Below, piece after piece: positions 18,601-27,711 of a stretch of DNA of 64,000 nucleotides; position 1 is the stretch's first letter; each line of letters opens with the position of its first letter. Made by a program: the position numbers and the translations under genes. Origin of the DNA: an uncultured Ectothiorhodospiraceae bacterium (GTDB taxonomy: Bacteria; Pseudomonadota; Gammaproteobacteria; HK1); the NCBI GenBank assembly GCA_964420925.1, contig CAYQVB010000021.1, positions 587 to 64,586 of the forward strand, given 5' to 3'. The notes below the pieces were generated by a model. The model did no database searches and was not told where the DNA came from. It worked only from the letters and a program-made list of their open reading frames with translations.

Positions 18601-19530
18601 TCAGCCGTCGAGCGACATGCCGTCCCGGGCGACCTCCCAACCTTGCGCGGCGAGCGCCTGTCGTTCCTCGCTGTCGTCCAGCAGCACCGGGTTGGTGGTG
18701 TTGATGTGGATGAAGACCTTGCGCCGGACCCCGAGGGGCGCAAAGGCGGCCAGGGTGCCGTCCTCCCCCGAGATACTCATGTGCCCCATGCGCCGTCCCG
18801 TCTTCACTCCCACCCTGCCTCGGATCATCTCGTCGTCGGTCCACAAGGTCCCGTCGAAGAGCACGAGCTCCGCACCCGTGAGGCGAGCGGCGAGCGCTTC
18901 GGTCATCCGCGCGCAGGCCGGTATGTAGAAGAGCCGGGTCGCGCCACCGGCGTCGCGCACCTCGAGGGCAATGGTGTCCTCCTCGACAGATCCGAAATCC
19001 GGTCCCTTGCTCTCGTCTTCGAGCCACAGCGCGACCTTGCCCGGCACCGCGAAGGGCACCACCTCGACGCCGGTCCCCTCTCCGTCGTGGCGCAGGACCG
19101 GGAGCGGCTCTTCCAGGCGCATGGGCCCGCGGGTCACGAAACGCGGGTTCAATACGTTGAAGACCGGGTTCGCTTCGAGCACCGAGAGCACGCGCTCGGT
19201 CGCGTAGAGGCGAAGCGGCTGCGACTCGCGCAGATTGAGCAGGCCGGCAATGTGATCGACATCGGCATTGGTGAGCACCACCGCCTTGATGGGGCTGTGC
19301 CGCAGTCCTTCATTCGGATGGAGGAAGGGGTTGTCGCCAATCTGCTGGCGGAGATCCGGGGACGCGTTGCAGATGACCCAGTCCTCGCCGTTGGCGCTGA
19401 GCGCGATGGAGGACTGCGTCCTCGGCCGTGCGGCAGGGTCGCCCGAACGCGCACGGCGGCTGTTCGGGTGATTGCAGTTCCACTGGGGATAGCCGCCGCC
19501 CGCACCGGCTCCAAGGACCCGGATCTTCAC
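18601..19530 (-). CDS. pqqB: PQQ biosynthesis protein PqqB (MBL fold)
   Basis: GTG 19530 gives 'VKIRVLGAGAGGGYPQWNCNHPN..'. 'TNADVDHIAGLLNLRE' is present. 309 aa. The upstream in-frame extension to 19692 runs through a repeat element. Confidence 0.9.
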   Translation of the reverse strand: MKIRVLGAGAGGGYPQWNCNHPNSRRARSGDPAARPRTQSSIALSANGEDWVICNASPDLRQQIGDNPFLHPNEGLRHSPIKAVVLTNADVDHIAGLLNLRESQPLRLYATERVLSVLEANPVFNVLNPRFVTRGPMRLEEPLPVLRHDGEGTGVEVVPFAVPGKVALWLEDESKGPDFGSVEEDTIALEVRDAGGATRLFYIPACARMTEALAARLTGAELVLFDGTLWTDDEMIRGRVGVKTGRRMGHMSISGEDGTLAAFAPLGVRRKVFIHINTTNPVLLDDSEERQALAAQGWEVARDGMSLDG

Positions 19531-19610
19531 GAGCGGGACCCAATCCGGCGCAACCGGAAGCAAGCCCGCCGATTCCCGCCAGCACCGACGTTGCCAATCT
19601 CTCTCTCTAT

Positions 19611-19694
19611 TCGTGGATTCCCGCTTCCGCGGGAATGACGGCCGGTGGCGTCTGGCATTGTCTCCGTCATTCCCGCGGAAGCGGGAATCCACGA
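19611..19694. repeat. Perfect 31-bp inverted repeat pair of the REP-like head unit, 22-bp spacer
   Basis: Left arm TCGTGGATTCCCGCTTCCGCGGGAATGACGG (19611-19641) is the exact reverse complement of the right arm (19664-19694). Each arm also contains the internal hairpin ATTCCCGC-TTCC-GCGGGAAT. Confidence 0.85.
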
Positions 19695-19809
19695 ATCACG
19701 AACAGTCTTCATCAATGTTGCGTGAGATTTCGAGGATGACAGGCCAACCACTCGATGCCGTGTGCCGGCCGCAGCGGTCCGGCGCGCGGTGACCACAGTA
19801 CCGTACTCA

Positions 19810-20544
19810 TCATGTGGCATCGGCGGGCACGAAGGCGCCGGGAGGCGGGAGACCGGGTTCGACGTACGCGAAATGGAGCGCGTCGAGCTGCGACCACAGC
19901 ACCGCAGTCTTGAACAGGAGCGCATCGCATACCGTCTCGCGCAGTGCCGGGGTGGTGGCGTGGCGCTTCACGTAGTCGAGCGCGAAGTCGGCGTCGCGCG
20001 GGGCCTGCGTGAGGCGGTCGCTGAAGTAGGTCAGCGTATCCTCGTCGATGAAGTCGTAGCGTGAGAGCATCGCGCTCGTGCGCTCGCCGATGATCGCGGG
20101 GGCGAAGAGCTCGGTGAGCGACGAGGCGATCGCTTCCAGGAGCGGGCGCTCGCGCACGAAGTTGACGTAGGCGTCCACCGCGAAGCGGGTGGCGGGGAGC
20201 ACCCCCTGTTCTCCAAGAACATCCTCACGGTCGAGCCCCAGGCGCTCGCAGAGGTGCAGCCACTTCGCCACCCCGCCCTGCCCTTCCCGGGTGCCGTCGT
20301 GATCGACCACCCGCTGCGACCACTCGCGGCGCAGGTCCGCGTCGACAACCCGGGACATGAGCGCGGAGTCCTTGATGGGAATTCGGCTCTGGTAGTAGTA
20401 GCGGTTGAGCGCCCAGGCCTGGAGCTGCCCGCGGGTGAGGCGGCCTTCACGCATCAGCACGTGGAAAGGGTGCTTGTCGTGATAGCGCTCGGCGCCGATC
20501 TCGCACAGCCGTGCCTCCAGCGCTTCGGGTGAATCGAGTCTCAC
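19810..20544 (-). CDS. pqqC: Pyrroloquinoline-quinone synthase PqqC
   Basis: 'ERYHDKHPFHVLMREGRLTRGQLQAWALNRYYYQ' is the conserved PqqC N-terminal region. GTG 20544 has GGAGG about 10 nt upstream, giving 244 aa. Confidence 0.9.
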   Translation of the reverse strand: MRLDSPEALEARLCEIGAERYHDKHPFHVLMREGRLTRGQLQAWALNRYYYQSRIPIKDSALMSRVVDADLRREWSQRVVDHDGTREGQGGVAKWLHLCERLGLDREDVLGEQGVLPATRFAVDAYVNFVRERPLLEAIASSLTELFAPAIIGERTSAMLSRYDFIDEDTLTYFSDRLTQAPRDADFALDYVKRHATTPALRETVCDALLFKTAVLWSQLDALHFAYVEPGLPPPGAFVPADAT

Positions 20545-20753
20545 CGTTGCCTTGCCTCCCCGTCGTTTCGCCGCGAATCGACTTTCCGCTGCACCTTCGC
20601 TCCGTCCTGCCGGCCGCACCTGACCCGGCCTCACTTCGCAAGCCTCACTCTCCAAACGCCACGGGATCGGCCGCAGCATGCGCCACGCGTCTTCCGGCAG
20701 CGGTACATGAGGGTATGATGGAATGCCATCATCGGCAAAGGGGAAATGTCACG

Positions 20754-21743
20754 ATGAGCACGCGCAGGGCGTCGCTCTTCGGGTGGACTCTCGCGGCGGC
20801 GCTGAGCCTCCCGAGCCTGGCGGGCGCCGGAGACTCCCGAGTACGGGTCGGGGTGCTGGAGTTCGGCACCGTGAACTGGGAGCTCGACGTGATCGCCACC
20901 CACGGTCTCGCCGAACGCGAGGGGGTCGACCTCGAAGTGGTGGGGCTCGGCGGCAAGCGGGCCACCGCGGTGGCGCTCCAGGGTGGCGCCGCCGACATCA
21001 TCGTCACCGACTGGATCTGGGTCTCCCGGCAGCGTGCCGAAGGCCGGGACTACACCTTCGTGCCCTACTCGCTGAGTGTCGGCGGCCTGATGGTGCGCCC
21101 CGATGCCGGCATCGCGGAGCTTTCCGATCTGCGAGACAAGAAAGTAGGCATCGCCGGCGGTCCCGTGGACAAGAGCTGGCTGCTCCTCCAGGCCTACGCC
21201 AGGAGCCGGGGCATCGATCTCGCGGAGTCGATGGAGCCGACCTTCGGCGCGCCCCCTCTACTCAACGAGCTCATCCAGCGCGGCGACCTGCCCGCGGTGC
21301 TCAACTTCTGGCACTACAACGCGCGCCTCGCCGCAGCGGGAATGCAGGAGCTCGTTTCCGTGCGCGAGATTCTGCCCGCACTGGGGATCGAGCAGCCGAT
21401 TCCGCTGCTTGGCTGGGTCTTCAACCGAGGCTGGGCAGAGAAGAACCGTGAGGCGCTCGACGGCTTCCTGCGCGCCTCCTACGCCGCGAAACACCTCCTG
21501 CTCGGGTCCGACGCGGAGTGGGAACGGCTGCAACCCCGGATGAAGGTCTCGGACCCCGCGACGGCGACCGCGCTGCGCGACGCCTGGAGGGCCGGCGTGC
21601 CGCGAAGCTTCGACGAGTCGGATCGCGAGGCCGCAGCCCGGACCTTCGCCATCCTCGCGCGCGAAGGGGGCGAGGAGCTCGTCGGCTCGAGCGAGGCCCT
21701 GGCTCCCGGCACTTTCTGGACCGAGTTCGATCTGCCGGGGTGA
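20754..21743 (+). CDS. ABC transporter periplasmic substrate-binding protein (NMT1/SsuA-like, NitT/TauT family)
   Basis: Signal peptide 'MSTRRASLFGWTLAAALSLPSLAGA'. It is followed by a coupled permease and ATPase. Family assignment is by overall resemblance only. Confidence 0.75.
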   Translation: MSTRRASLFGWTLAAALSLPSLAGAGDSRVRVGVLEFGTVNWELDVIATHGLAEREGVDLEVVGLGGKRATAVALQGGAADIIVTDWIWVSRQRAEGRDYTFVPYSLSVGGLMVRPDAGIAELSDLRDKKVGIAGGPVDKSWLLLQAYARSRGIDLAESMEPTFGAPPLLNELIQRGDLPAVLNFWHYNARLAAAGMQELVSVREILPALGIEQPIPLLGWVFNRGWAEKNREALDGFLRASYAAKHLLLGSDAEWERLQPRMKVSDPATATALRDAWRAGVPRSFDESDREAAARTFAILAREGGEELVGSSEALAPGTFWTEFDLPG

Positions 21744-22501
21744 CCGGGCCAGCGCCGCGACGTCCGCTGCCCGGGCTGCGCAGCCTCTCCCTCCTCGGCT
21801 TCGTGGCGTTGTGGCAGCTCGCCGCGTGGGTGGCGGCGAGCGACCTGCTTCCCACTCCCGCCGCGGTGCTTACAAGCCTGTGGGGCCACGCGAAGAGCGG
21901 CGAGCTCGGCTATCACCTCGAGGTCACGCTCGCCCGGGTCGCGGTGAGCTTCCTCATCGCGATGGCGGTGGGCACCGCCATCGGCATCCTGATGGGGCGC
22001 TCCCGGCGCCTCGACATGACGCTCGACGGCGTGCTCGTCCTCGGCCTCAACATTCCCGCGCTCGTCACCATCATTCTCTGCTACGTCTGGTTTGGACTCA
22101 CCGAGGTGGCGGCGATCCTCGCGGTCTCCGTCAACAAGATTCCGACGGTGGTGGTGACGGTGCGCGAGGGGGCGAAGGCGGTGGACCGCGGCCTGATGGA
22201 AGTCGCGAAGGTGTACCGGGTGGGCAAGCTCACCACGTTGTTCAAGGTGTACCTGCCGCAGCTCTACCCCTACCTGATGGCGGCGGCGCGCTCCGGGCTC
22301 GCTCTCATCTGGAAGATCGTGCTCGTGGTGGAGCTGCTCGGGCGCAGCAACGGGGTGGGTTTCCAGCTCGGCAACTATTTCCACTTCTTCGACATCGAGA
22401 GCATCCTCGCGTACACGCTCGCTTTCGCCGCGGTCATCATGCTGGTGGAAGCGGTCGGAATGCGGCCGCTGGAACGGAGGTTCACCCGCTGGCGAACCTG
22501 A
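21740..22501 (+). CDS. ABC transporter permease (NitT/TauT family)
   Basis: GTG 21740 overlaps the preceding stop (GTGA). Multi-TM protein with the loop 'VAKVYRVGKLTTLFKVYLPQLYPYLMAA'. Confidence 0.85.
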   Translation: MTGPAPRRPLPGLRSLSLLGFVALWQLAAWVAASDLLPTPAAVLTSLWGHAKSGELGYHLEVTLARVAVSFLIAMAVGTAIGILMGRSRRLDMTLDGVLVLGLNIPALVTIILCYVWFGLTEVAAILAVSVNKIPTVVVTVREGAKAVDRGLMEVAKVYRVGKLTTLFKVYLPQLYPYLMAAARSGLALIWKIVLVVELLGRSNGVGFQLGNYFHFFDIESILAYTLAFAAVIMLVEAVGMRPLERRFTRWRT

Positions 22502-22530
22502 CGCACCCAGGCCCGGCGCGCCTTGGCGCT

Positions 22531-23364
22531 ATGATGGCGGCGTCGCGGCCCGGCCCGGACGCTATGGATTCGGCACACACGCATGCGAGAGCGGACCACG
22601 ATGGCGGGCTGCGGGTCGCGATTGCGCGCAAAGCCTTCGAAAAGCCGCCGAACCTAGTGCTCGAAGGCATCGAGTTCCGAGTTGCGCCCGGGGAGTTCGT
22701 GGCCATCGTGGGACCCTCCGGAGCCGGAAAGAGCACGCTGCTCAACATCGTGGCCGGACTCGACCGACATTACGAGGGCAAAGTGGGGTCCTCCGGCCCA
22801 TCGAAAGCCGGCGAATGGGAACCGCGAATCGGCTACGTGTTCCAGGCCCCGCGTCTCATGCCCTGGCTCAGCGCGCTCGATAACGTGCGCCTCGTGCTGC
22901 CTCCCGACTCCGCGAGTGCCGACGCCGCGCAGGAAGTCCTGCGGGAGGTGGGGCTCGAGGGCTACGAGCACGCTTACCCCGGACAGCTCTCCGGCGGCAT
23001 GCAGCGACGGGTGGCGCTCGCCCGCGCCTTCGGCGTGAATCCGGCGCTGTTGCTCATGGACGAGCCTTTCGGCTCACTCGACGAGCCGCTCGCGTGGCGC
23101 CTGCGCGAGCATCTGCAATCGTTGTGGCTTCACCGGCGCTCGATGGTGCTCTTCGTTACCCACAACCTCGAAGAAGCGTTGTCCCTCGCCGATCGGGTGC
23201 TCTTCCTGTCCCCGCGTCCTGCCCGGGTGGTGTGGGAACAGGTAGTGGACCTGCCCCGTCCGCGCGGCCGCGACGACCCGGGAGTGGAGCGCCTGCGAAG
23301 TGAACTGCTCGCCCGCCACCCCGATCTGCTCGCCGGACGAACAGTCGAGGGAGAGGTCAGATGA
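22531..23364 (+). CDS. ABC transporter ATP-binding protein (NitT/TauT family)
   Basis: Walker A 'GPSGAGKST', signature 'LSGGMQRRVALARA', Walker B 'LLMDEPFGSLD'. The track ORF start at 21811 overlaps the permease in another frame and is rejected. Confidence 0.85.
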   Translation: MMAASRPGPDAMDSAHTHARADHDGGLRVAIARKAFEKPPNLVLEGIEFRVAPGEFVAIVGPSGAGKSTLLNIVAGLDRHYEGKVGSSGPSKAGEWEPRIGYVFQAPRLMPWLSALDNVRLVLPPDSASADAAQEVLREVGLEGYEHAYPGQLSGGMQRRVALARAFGVNPALLLMDEPFGSLDEPLAWRLREHLQSLWLHRRSMVLFVTHNLEEALSLADRVLFLSPRPARVVWEQVVDLPRPRGRDDPGVERLRSELLARHPDLLAGRTVEGEVR

Positions 23365-23401
23365 CTTACGGGAACTTCCATCCAAGCGGGCGTGGGGAGC
23401 C

Positions 23402-24157
23402 ATGAGCAGGAAGGAGCTACCGGCGCTAGAGGTCCAGGAGCTCAGCAAGTCCTACGGGCCGCTCAAGGCGCTCGACGAAGTGAGCCTGAGCGTAGGGGGC
23501 GGGGAGTTCGTCGGCCTGCTCGGACCAAACGGCGCGGGCAAGACGACCCTGTTCCAGATCCTGAGCGGCCTCTTCGTTGCTGATGCGGGGAGCGTCATGG
23601 TGCTCGGCCATGACATCCGATACTCCGCGACCGCGGCGCTCGCCGGCATCGGCGTCGTGTTCCAGCAGCCCACACTGGACCTCGATCTCTCCGCGCGCGC
23701 CAACCTGCGCTTCAACGCGAGGCTCCACGGCATGTCCCGCGCCCGGCGCCGCCAACGGATTGAGGCCGAGCTCGAGCGGCTTGGATTGACGGAGCGGGCG
23801 GGCGCCCTCGCCCGTACCCTGAGCGGCGGCAACCGGCGCCGGCTCGAGCTCGCCCGCGCGCTCGTCCACGAGCCGAGCGTCCTGCTCATGGACGAGCCTA
23901 CCGTCGGGCTCGATCCCGCCTCGCGCCGCGACCTCCTCGACTATGTCCACGCGCTCTGCGCGGAACGCTCGGTCGGGGTGCTCTGGGCCACCCACCTCGT
24001 GGACGAGGTGGAGGGGGCGGATCGCCTCGTCATCCTGCATCGCGGCCGGATCCTCGAAAGCGGCCCCCCCGGAGACATCGTCGCCCGCAACGGGGCGCCG
24101 GACCTGGGAGAGGCATTCCTCGCGATGACCTCGAGGAAGCCGGACCCGGCGCCTTGA
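23402..24157 (+). CDS. ABC-2 type exporter ATP-binding protein (PQQ-dependent alcohol dehydrogenase system-associated type)
   Basis: Walker A 'GPNGAGKTT', signature 'LSGGNRRRLELARA', Walker B 'LLMDEPTVGLD'. It heads the propeller, binding-protein and ABC-2 permease gene set. Confidence 0.85.
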   Translation: MSRKELPALEVQELSKSYGPLKALDEVSLSVGGGEFVGLLGPNGAGKTTLFQILSGLFVADAGSVMVLGHDIRYSATAALAGIGVVFQQPTLDLDLSARANLRFNARLHGMSRARRRQRIEAELERLGLTERAGALARTLSGGNRRRLELARALVHEPSVLLMDEPTVGLDPASRRDLLDYVHALCAERSVGVLWATHLVDEVEGADRLVILHRGRILESGPPGDIVARNGAPDLGEAFLAMTSRKPDPAP

Positions 24158-24423
24158 TGCCCGGTTGGGCACGGAAAGCGTCAGCGCCTGGAGAGCTGCC
24201 GATACACGTCATCGTCGTTGCGTTTGCCGGCAACGAGGATCAGTGCTTTTTGCCTGTTTCAGCCGCCCAAGCAATCCTTCCACGTGGGCCGACGCTCTTG
24301 TTCTTTGCCCATGGGCGCAAGTGAGGATAGATTTCCGTACCGATTGGCTCAACTGAGAGTGTCCACGGTGCTCGTGAATCCGGGGACGGGCGCCCTCCGA
24401 CCATCTTCACCGAGGAGGAGAAC

Positions 24424-25581
24424 ATGAACATCATGCGCACACCGCTCGCGATGCTCGGAGCGGCGGTTCTGTGGGCTACCGCCCCCGCGGGATGGGCCGC
24501 GGGCACCGGGTATCTGTTCGTGAGCAGCGAGAAGGACCACGCGATCAGCGTGCTCGACGGGGAGAGCTACGAGCTGATCACGCAGATCCGCACCGCGGCC
24601 CGTCCCCGTCATCTCGCGTTCAACCCCGACCGCACCCGGCTCTACGCCGCCTGCGGTGACGGCAACGCCATCGACATCATCGACGTCGCGAGCCTCGAGC
24701 TCGTCGATCGCATCGGACCCATCGACGATCCGGAGGCCTTCGACTTCAGCCCGGACGGCGAGACCATGTACATCTCGCTCGAGGACGACGCGAAGCTCGG
24801 CATCCTGAACCTGCGCGAGTACTTCGAGGGCCGTGAAGAGAAGCCGGAGCTCACCGTCGCCGAAGTCTCGGAAGTCCGCGAGGAGGATGACGATGATGAT
24901 GATGATGATGACGACGAGGAGGAGGAGGACGAAGAGGAGGAAGGCGAGGACGATGACGAAGAGGGTGAGGACGACGACAACGGCGAGATGATCGAGGGGA
25001 TGTCCACCGTCGAGGTCGGCGCGGAGCCCGAGGGCATTCTGGTGAGCCCGGACGGAGAGACGGTGTTCGTGACTTCCGAGGTCGCCAACATGGTCCATGT
25101 CGTCGACGCCGAATCGGAATCGATCCGCGCGAACATCGTGGCCGGCAATCGTCCCCGTCGCTTCGCGGTACCCGGAGGCGGAGACATGCTCTGGGTCACC
25201 AACGAGCTCTCCGGATCGGTCAGCATCATCGATCTCGGCGCGATGGAAGTGAGCGCGACCATCGAGTTCCTGCCGCCGGGGTTCCGTCCCGAGGACGTGA
25301 CTCCGGTCGGAATCACCACGACCGCGGACGGCGGCACCGCCTTCGTCGCGTTGGGACGGGCCAATCACGTGGCGGTGGTCGACGTGGCCTCCGGCGAAGT
25401 GGAGGACTACATCCTGGTCGGAAGCCGGGCCTGGAACACCACCCTCAACCGGGACGAATCCGTCCTCTACGTGGCCAACGGCCTGAGCGACGACATTTCG
25501 ATCATCGACGTCGCGGACCGCAAGGTCGTCAAGTCGGTCCCGGTGGGGCGGGTCCCCTATGCGGTTCTGGTCGACGACTGA
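24424..25581 (+). CDS. Periplasmic YVTN-type beta-propeller protein (PQQ-dependent catabolism-associated) with a poly-acidic insertion
   Basis: Signal peptide is present. Blade motifs recur: 'YLFVSSEKDHAISVLD', 'LYAACGDGNAIDIIDV', 'VFVTSEVANMVHVVD', 'LWVTNELSGSVSIIDL', 'AFVALGRANHVAVVDV', 'LYVANGLSDDISIIDV'. The insertion is 'EEDDDDDDDDDDEEEEDEEEEGEDDDEEGEDDD'. Confidence 0.8.
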   Translation: MNIMRTPLAMLGAAVLWATAPAGWAAGTGYLFVSSEKDHAISVLDGESYELITQIRTAARPRHLAFNPDRTRLYAACGDGNAIDIIDVASLELVDRIGPIDDPEAFDFSPDGETMYISLEDDAKLGILNLREYFEGREEKPELTVAEVSEVREEDDDDDDDDDDEEEEDEEEEGEDDDEEGEDDDNGEMIEGMSTVEVGAEPEGILVSPDGETVFVTSEVANMVHVVDAESESIRANIVAGNRPRRFAVPGGGDMLWVTNELSGSVSIIDLGAMEVSATIEFLPPGFRPEDVTPVGITTTADGGTAFVALGRANHVAVVDVASGEVEDYILVGSRAWNTTLNRDESVLYVANGLSDDISIIDVADRKVVKSVPVGRVPYAVLVDD

Positions 25582-25588
25582 GGAGAAA

Positions 25589-26776
25589 GTGCGGCGCACA
25601 TTGGGCATCGCGTTCGGGCTGGCGCTCGCGCTGACCTTCGCCGCCGCCCCCTCCGCCGGCGTGACGGCGGACGAGCTGGTCATCGGGTACGTCGCGCTCA
25701 AGAAGGACCCCCGCTACACCCGCAAGAGGACCTACGCGCGTTTCCTCACCCAGCCCCTTGGCCGCCCCTACGTCGCGGCCAAGGTCGCGATCGAGGAATC
25801 GAAGTTTCTCGGTGCCGCGCTCGGGGTCGAGTTCAAGCTGAAACGCAAGCGGACGAAGAGCGAAAAGAAGCTCGCCGCTGCGGCCCTGAAGCTGGCCGAT
25901 GCCGGCGTGCACTACCTGCTCATCGACGCTCCGGCGCCGCTGGTGGACGAAGTGGCGCGGGCCACGGCAGGGCGGGACCTGCTCCTGTTCAACGTCTCGG
26001 CGCACGACGACGTGCTCCGGGAGGAGCAGTGCCAGCCCCACCTGCTGCACGTCATCCCCAGCTATGCGATGCTCACCGACGCCCTGGTCCAGTACCTGGT
26101 GTCGAAGAAGTGGCGCAAGGTCCTGGTGCTCGCCGGGCCGCTCCCGGAAGACGAAAAGTTGACCGCGGCCTTCGAGCGATCCGCCCGGCGCTTCGGTGTC
26201 GAGATCGTGGAGCAGCGCCCCTTCGTGCTCAGCAACGATCCGCGGGAGCGGGAGAAGAACAACGTCGCCCTGCTCACCGCGGGCGCCGAGTACGACGTGG
26301 TGTTCATCGCGGACACCGACGGAGAGTTCGCCCGCGGCGCCCCCTACCACACGGTGCTGCCCCGCCCCGTGGTGGGCACGGAGGGGCTTGCGGCAGCGGC
26401 CTGGCACTGGTCGTGGGAGCGCCACGGTGCGCCGCAACTGGAGAATCGTTTCGAGAAGAAGGCGAAGCGCCCCATGCGAGGCGTGGACTGGGCGGCATGG
26501 ATGGCGGTCAAGGCGGTGGTCGAGGCGTTGCTGCGCACCGACAATGCAGATTTCGCGACGGTGCGCGACTACCTACTCGGCGACGAGATCGTGCTGGACG
26601 GGTTCAAGGGCAACCGGCTGAACTTCCGGCCGTGGAACCGGCAGTTGCGCCAGCCCCTCCTGCTCGTCACCCACAACTGGGTGGTGGAGCGGGCGCCGCT
26701 GCGGGGCTTCCTGCACCAGACCAACAACCTGGACACTCTGGGCTTCGATGAACGCGACAGCCGCTGCGAACTCTGA
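25589..26776 (+). CDS. Periplasmic binding protein (type I PBP-like; PQQ-dependent alcohol dehydrogenase system-associated)
   Basis: GTG 25589 follows AGGAG and gives the signal peptide 'VRRTLGIAFGLALALTFAAAPSAG'. ATG 25559 is the alternative start. The call rests mainly on position in the conserved gene set. Confidence 0.65.
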   Translation: MRRTLGIAFGLALALTFAAAPSAGVTADELVIGYVALKKDPRYTRKRTYARFLTQPLGRPYVAAKVAIEESKFLGAALGVEFKLKRKRTKSEKKLAAAALKLADAGVHYLLIDAPAPLVDEVARATAGRDLLLFNVSAHDDVLREEQCQPHLLHVIPSYAMLTDALVQYLVSKKWRKVLVLAGPLPEDEKLTAAFERSARRFGVEIVEQRPFVLSNDPREREKNNVALLTAGAEYDVVFIADTDGEFARGAPYHTVLPRPVVGTEGLAAAAWHWSWERHGAPQLENRFEKKAKRPMRGVDWAAWMAVKAVVEALLRTDNADFATVRDYLLGDEIVLDGFKGNRLNFRPWNRQLRQPLLLVTHNWVVERAPLRGFLHQTNNLDTLGFDERDSRCEL

Positions 26777-26827
26777 GCCCAGCGCGCGGCACGGCCGGCT
26801 GAGTCCGGGAACGACGGGAGAGCACCG

Positions 26828-27637
26828 ATGACCCCCGCCCACGCGATGCGCGCCCTGATCGCGGTGAGCGGACGCGAGATGTTCAAGTTCGCCCGCCAGC
26901 GGGGACGACTCTTCTCCGCGCTGGTGCGCCCCACCCTGTGGCTGGTGGTGTTCGCGGTCGGGTTCCAGAACGTGTTCGGGGTCTCGATCATCCCGCCCTA
27001 CCAGACCTACATCGAGTACCAGGAGTACATCGTCCCCGGCCTCGTGAGCATGGTGCTGCTCTTCAACGGCATGCAGTCCTCGCTCGCGATGGTCTACGAC
27101 CGGGAGATGGGCATGATGCGCCTGCTCCTCACCGCGCCCCTGCCGCGCTGGTACCTGCTCCTGTGCAAGCTGGTGGCGGGCACCGTGCTCTCGGTGCTGC
27201 AGGTCTATGCCTTCCTCATCGTGGTCGCGCTCTTCGGCGTCGACGTGCCCCTGCTGGGATGGATCTACGCGCTTCCCGCGATCGCGCTCGGGGGGATGAT
27301 GCTGGGCGCCACTGGTCTCCTGCTCTCGGTCTACATCCGGCAGCTCGAGAACTTCGCGGGCACCATGAACTTCGTCATCTTCCCGATGTTCTTCATCTCG
27401 TCCGCGCTCTACCCCCTGTGGAAGCTCCGTGAGGCGGGAGCGGAGGCGGTGTACCTCGCCGCGCAGTGGAATCCCTTCACCTACGTGGTGGAATCGGTGC
27501 GCTTCTCGCTCTACGGTGAGCCTCACCCGCTCGCGTTCGCGGTCGTCGCGGCGACGCTGGTGCTGGTCTTCGTGCTCGCGGTGATCGGCTACGACCCGCA
27601 GCGCGGACTAGTGCGACGGGTCCAGCGCCCCGCCTGA
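26828..27637 (+). CDS. ABC-2 type transporter permease
   Basis: Six predicted hydrophobic segments, and an N-terminal 'REMFKFARQRGRLFSALVRPTLWLVVF' typical of ABC-2 permeases. RBS GGGAGAG. Confidence 0.85.
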   Translation: MTPAHAMRALIAVSGREMFKFARQRGRLFSALVRPTLWLVVFAVGFQNVFGVSIIPPYQTYIEYQEYIVPGLVSMVLLFNGMQSSLAMVYDREMGMMRLLLTAPLPRWYLLLCKLVAGTVLSVLQVYAFLIVVALFGVDVPLLGWIYALPAIALGGMMLGATGLLLSVYIRQLENFAGTMNFVIFPMFFISSALYPLWKLREAGAEAVYLAAQWNPFTYVVESVRFSLYGEPHPLAFAVVAATLVLVFVLAVIGYDPQRGLVRRVQRPA

Positions 27638-27711
27638 GCGCAGCCTCGGCCCACGCTACGTCGCGGCGCGAGCGCCGCGCACTACAAGGCGTCAGGCCAG
27701 GGAGTGGCGCT

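Noticed and set aside
19531-19692. N-terminal extensions containing 'RFRGNDG', 'SFPRKRES' or 'IPASAGMT' peptides. Examples are pqqB 18601..19692, hydrolase 51176..52567 and SoxYZ-like 27712..28977.
   Set aside because: These peptides are translations of the palindromic REP-like repeats. The real starts with RBS and signal peptide lie downstream.
19527-19925. 132-aa and 72-aa minus-strand ORFs between pqqC and pqqB as candidate pqqD.
   Set aside because: The translations are Arg/Ser-rich, overlap the pqqC 3' end and the REP element, and bear no resemblance to PqqD.
21811-22530. N-terminal 240-codon extension of the ABC ATPase ORF (track ORF 21811..23364).
   Set aside because: It overlaps the permease gene in another frame. 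The ATPase domain begins right after ATG 22531.
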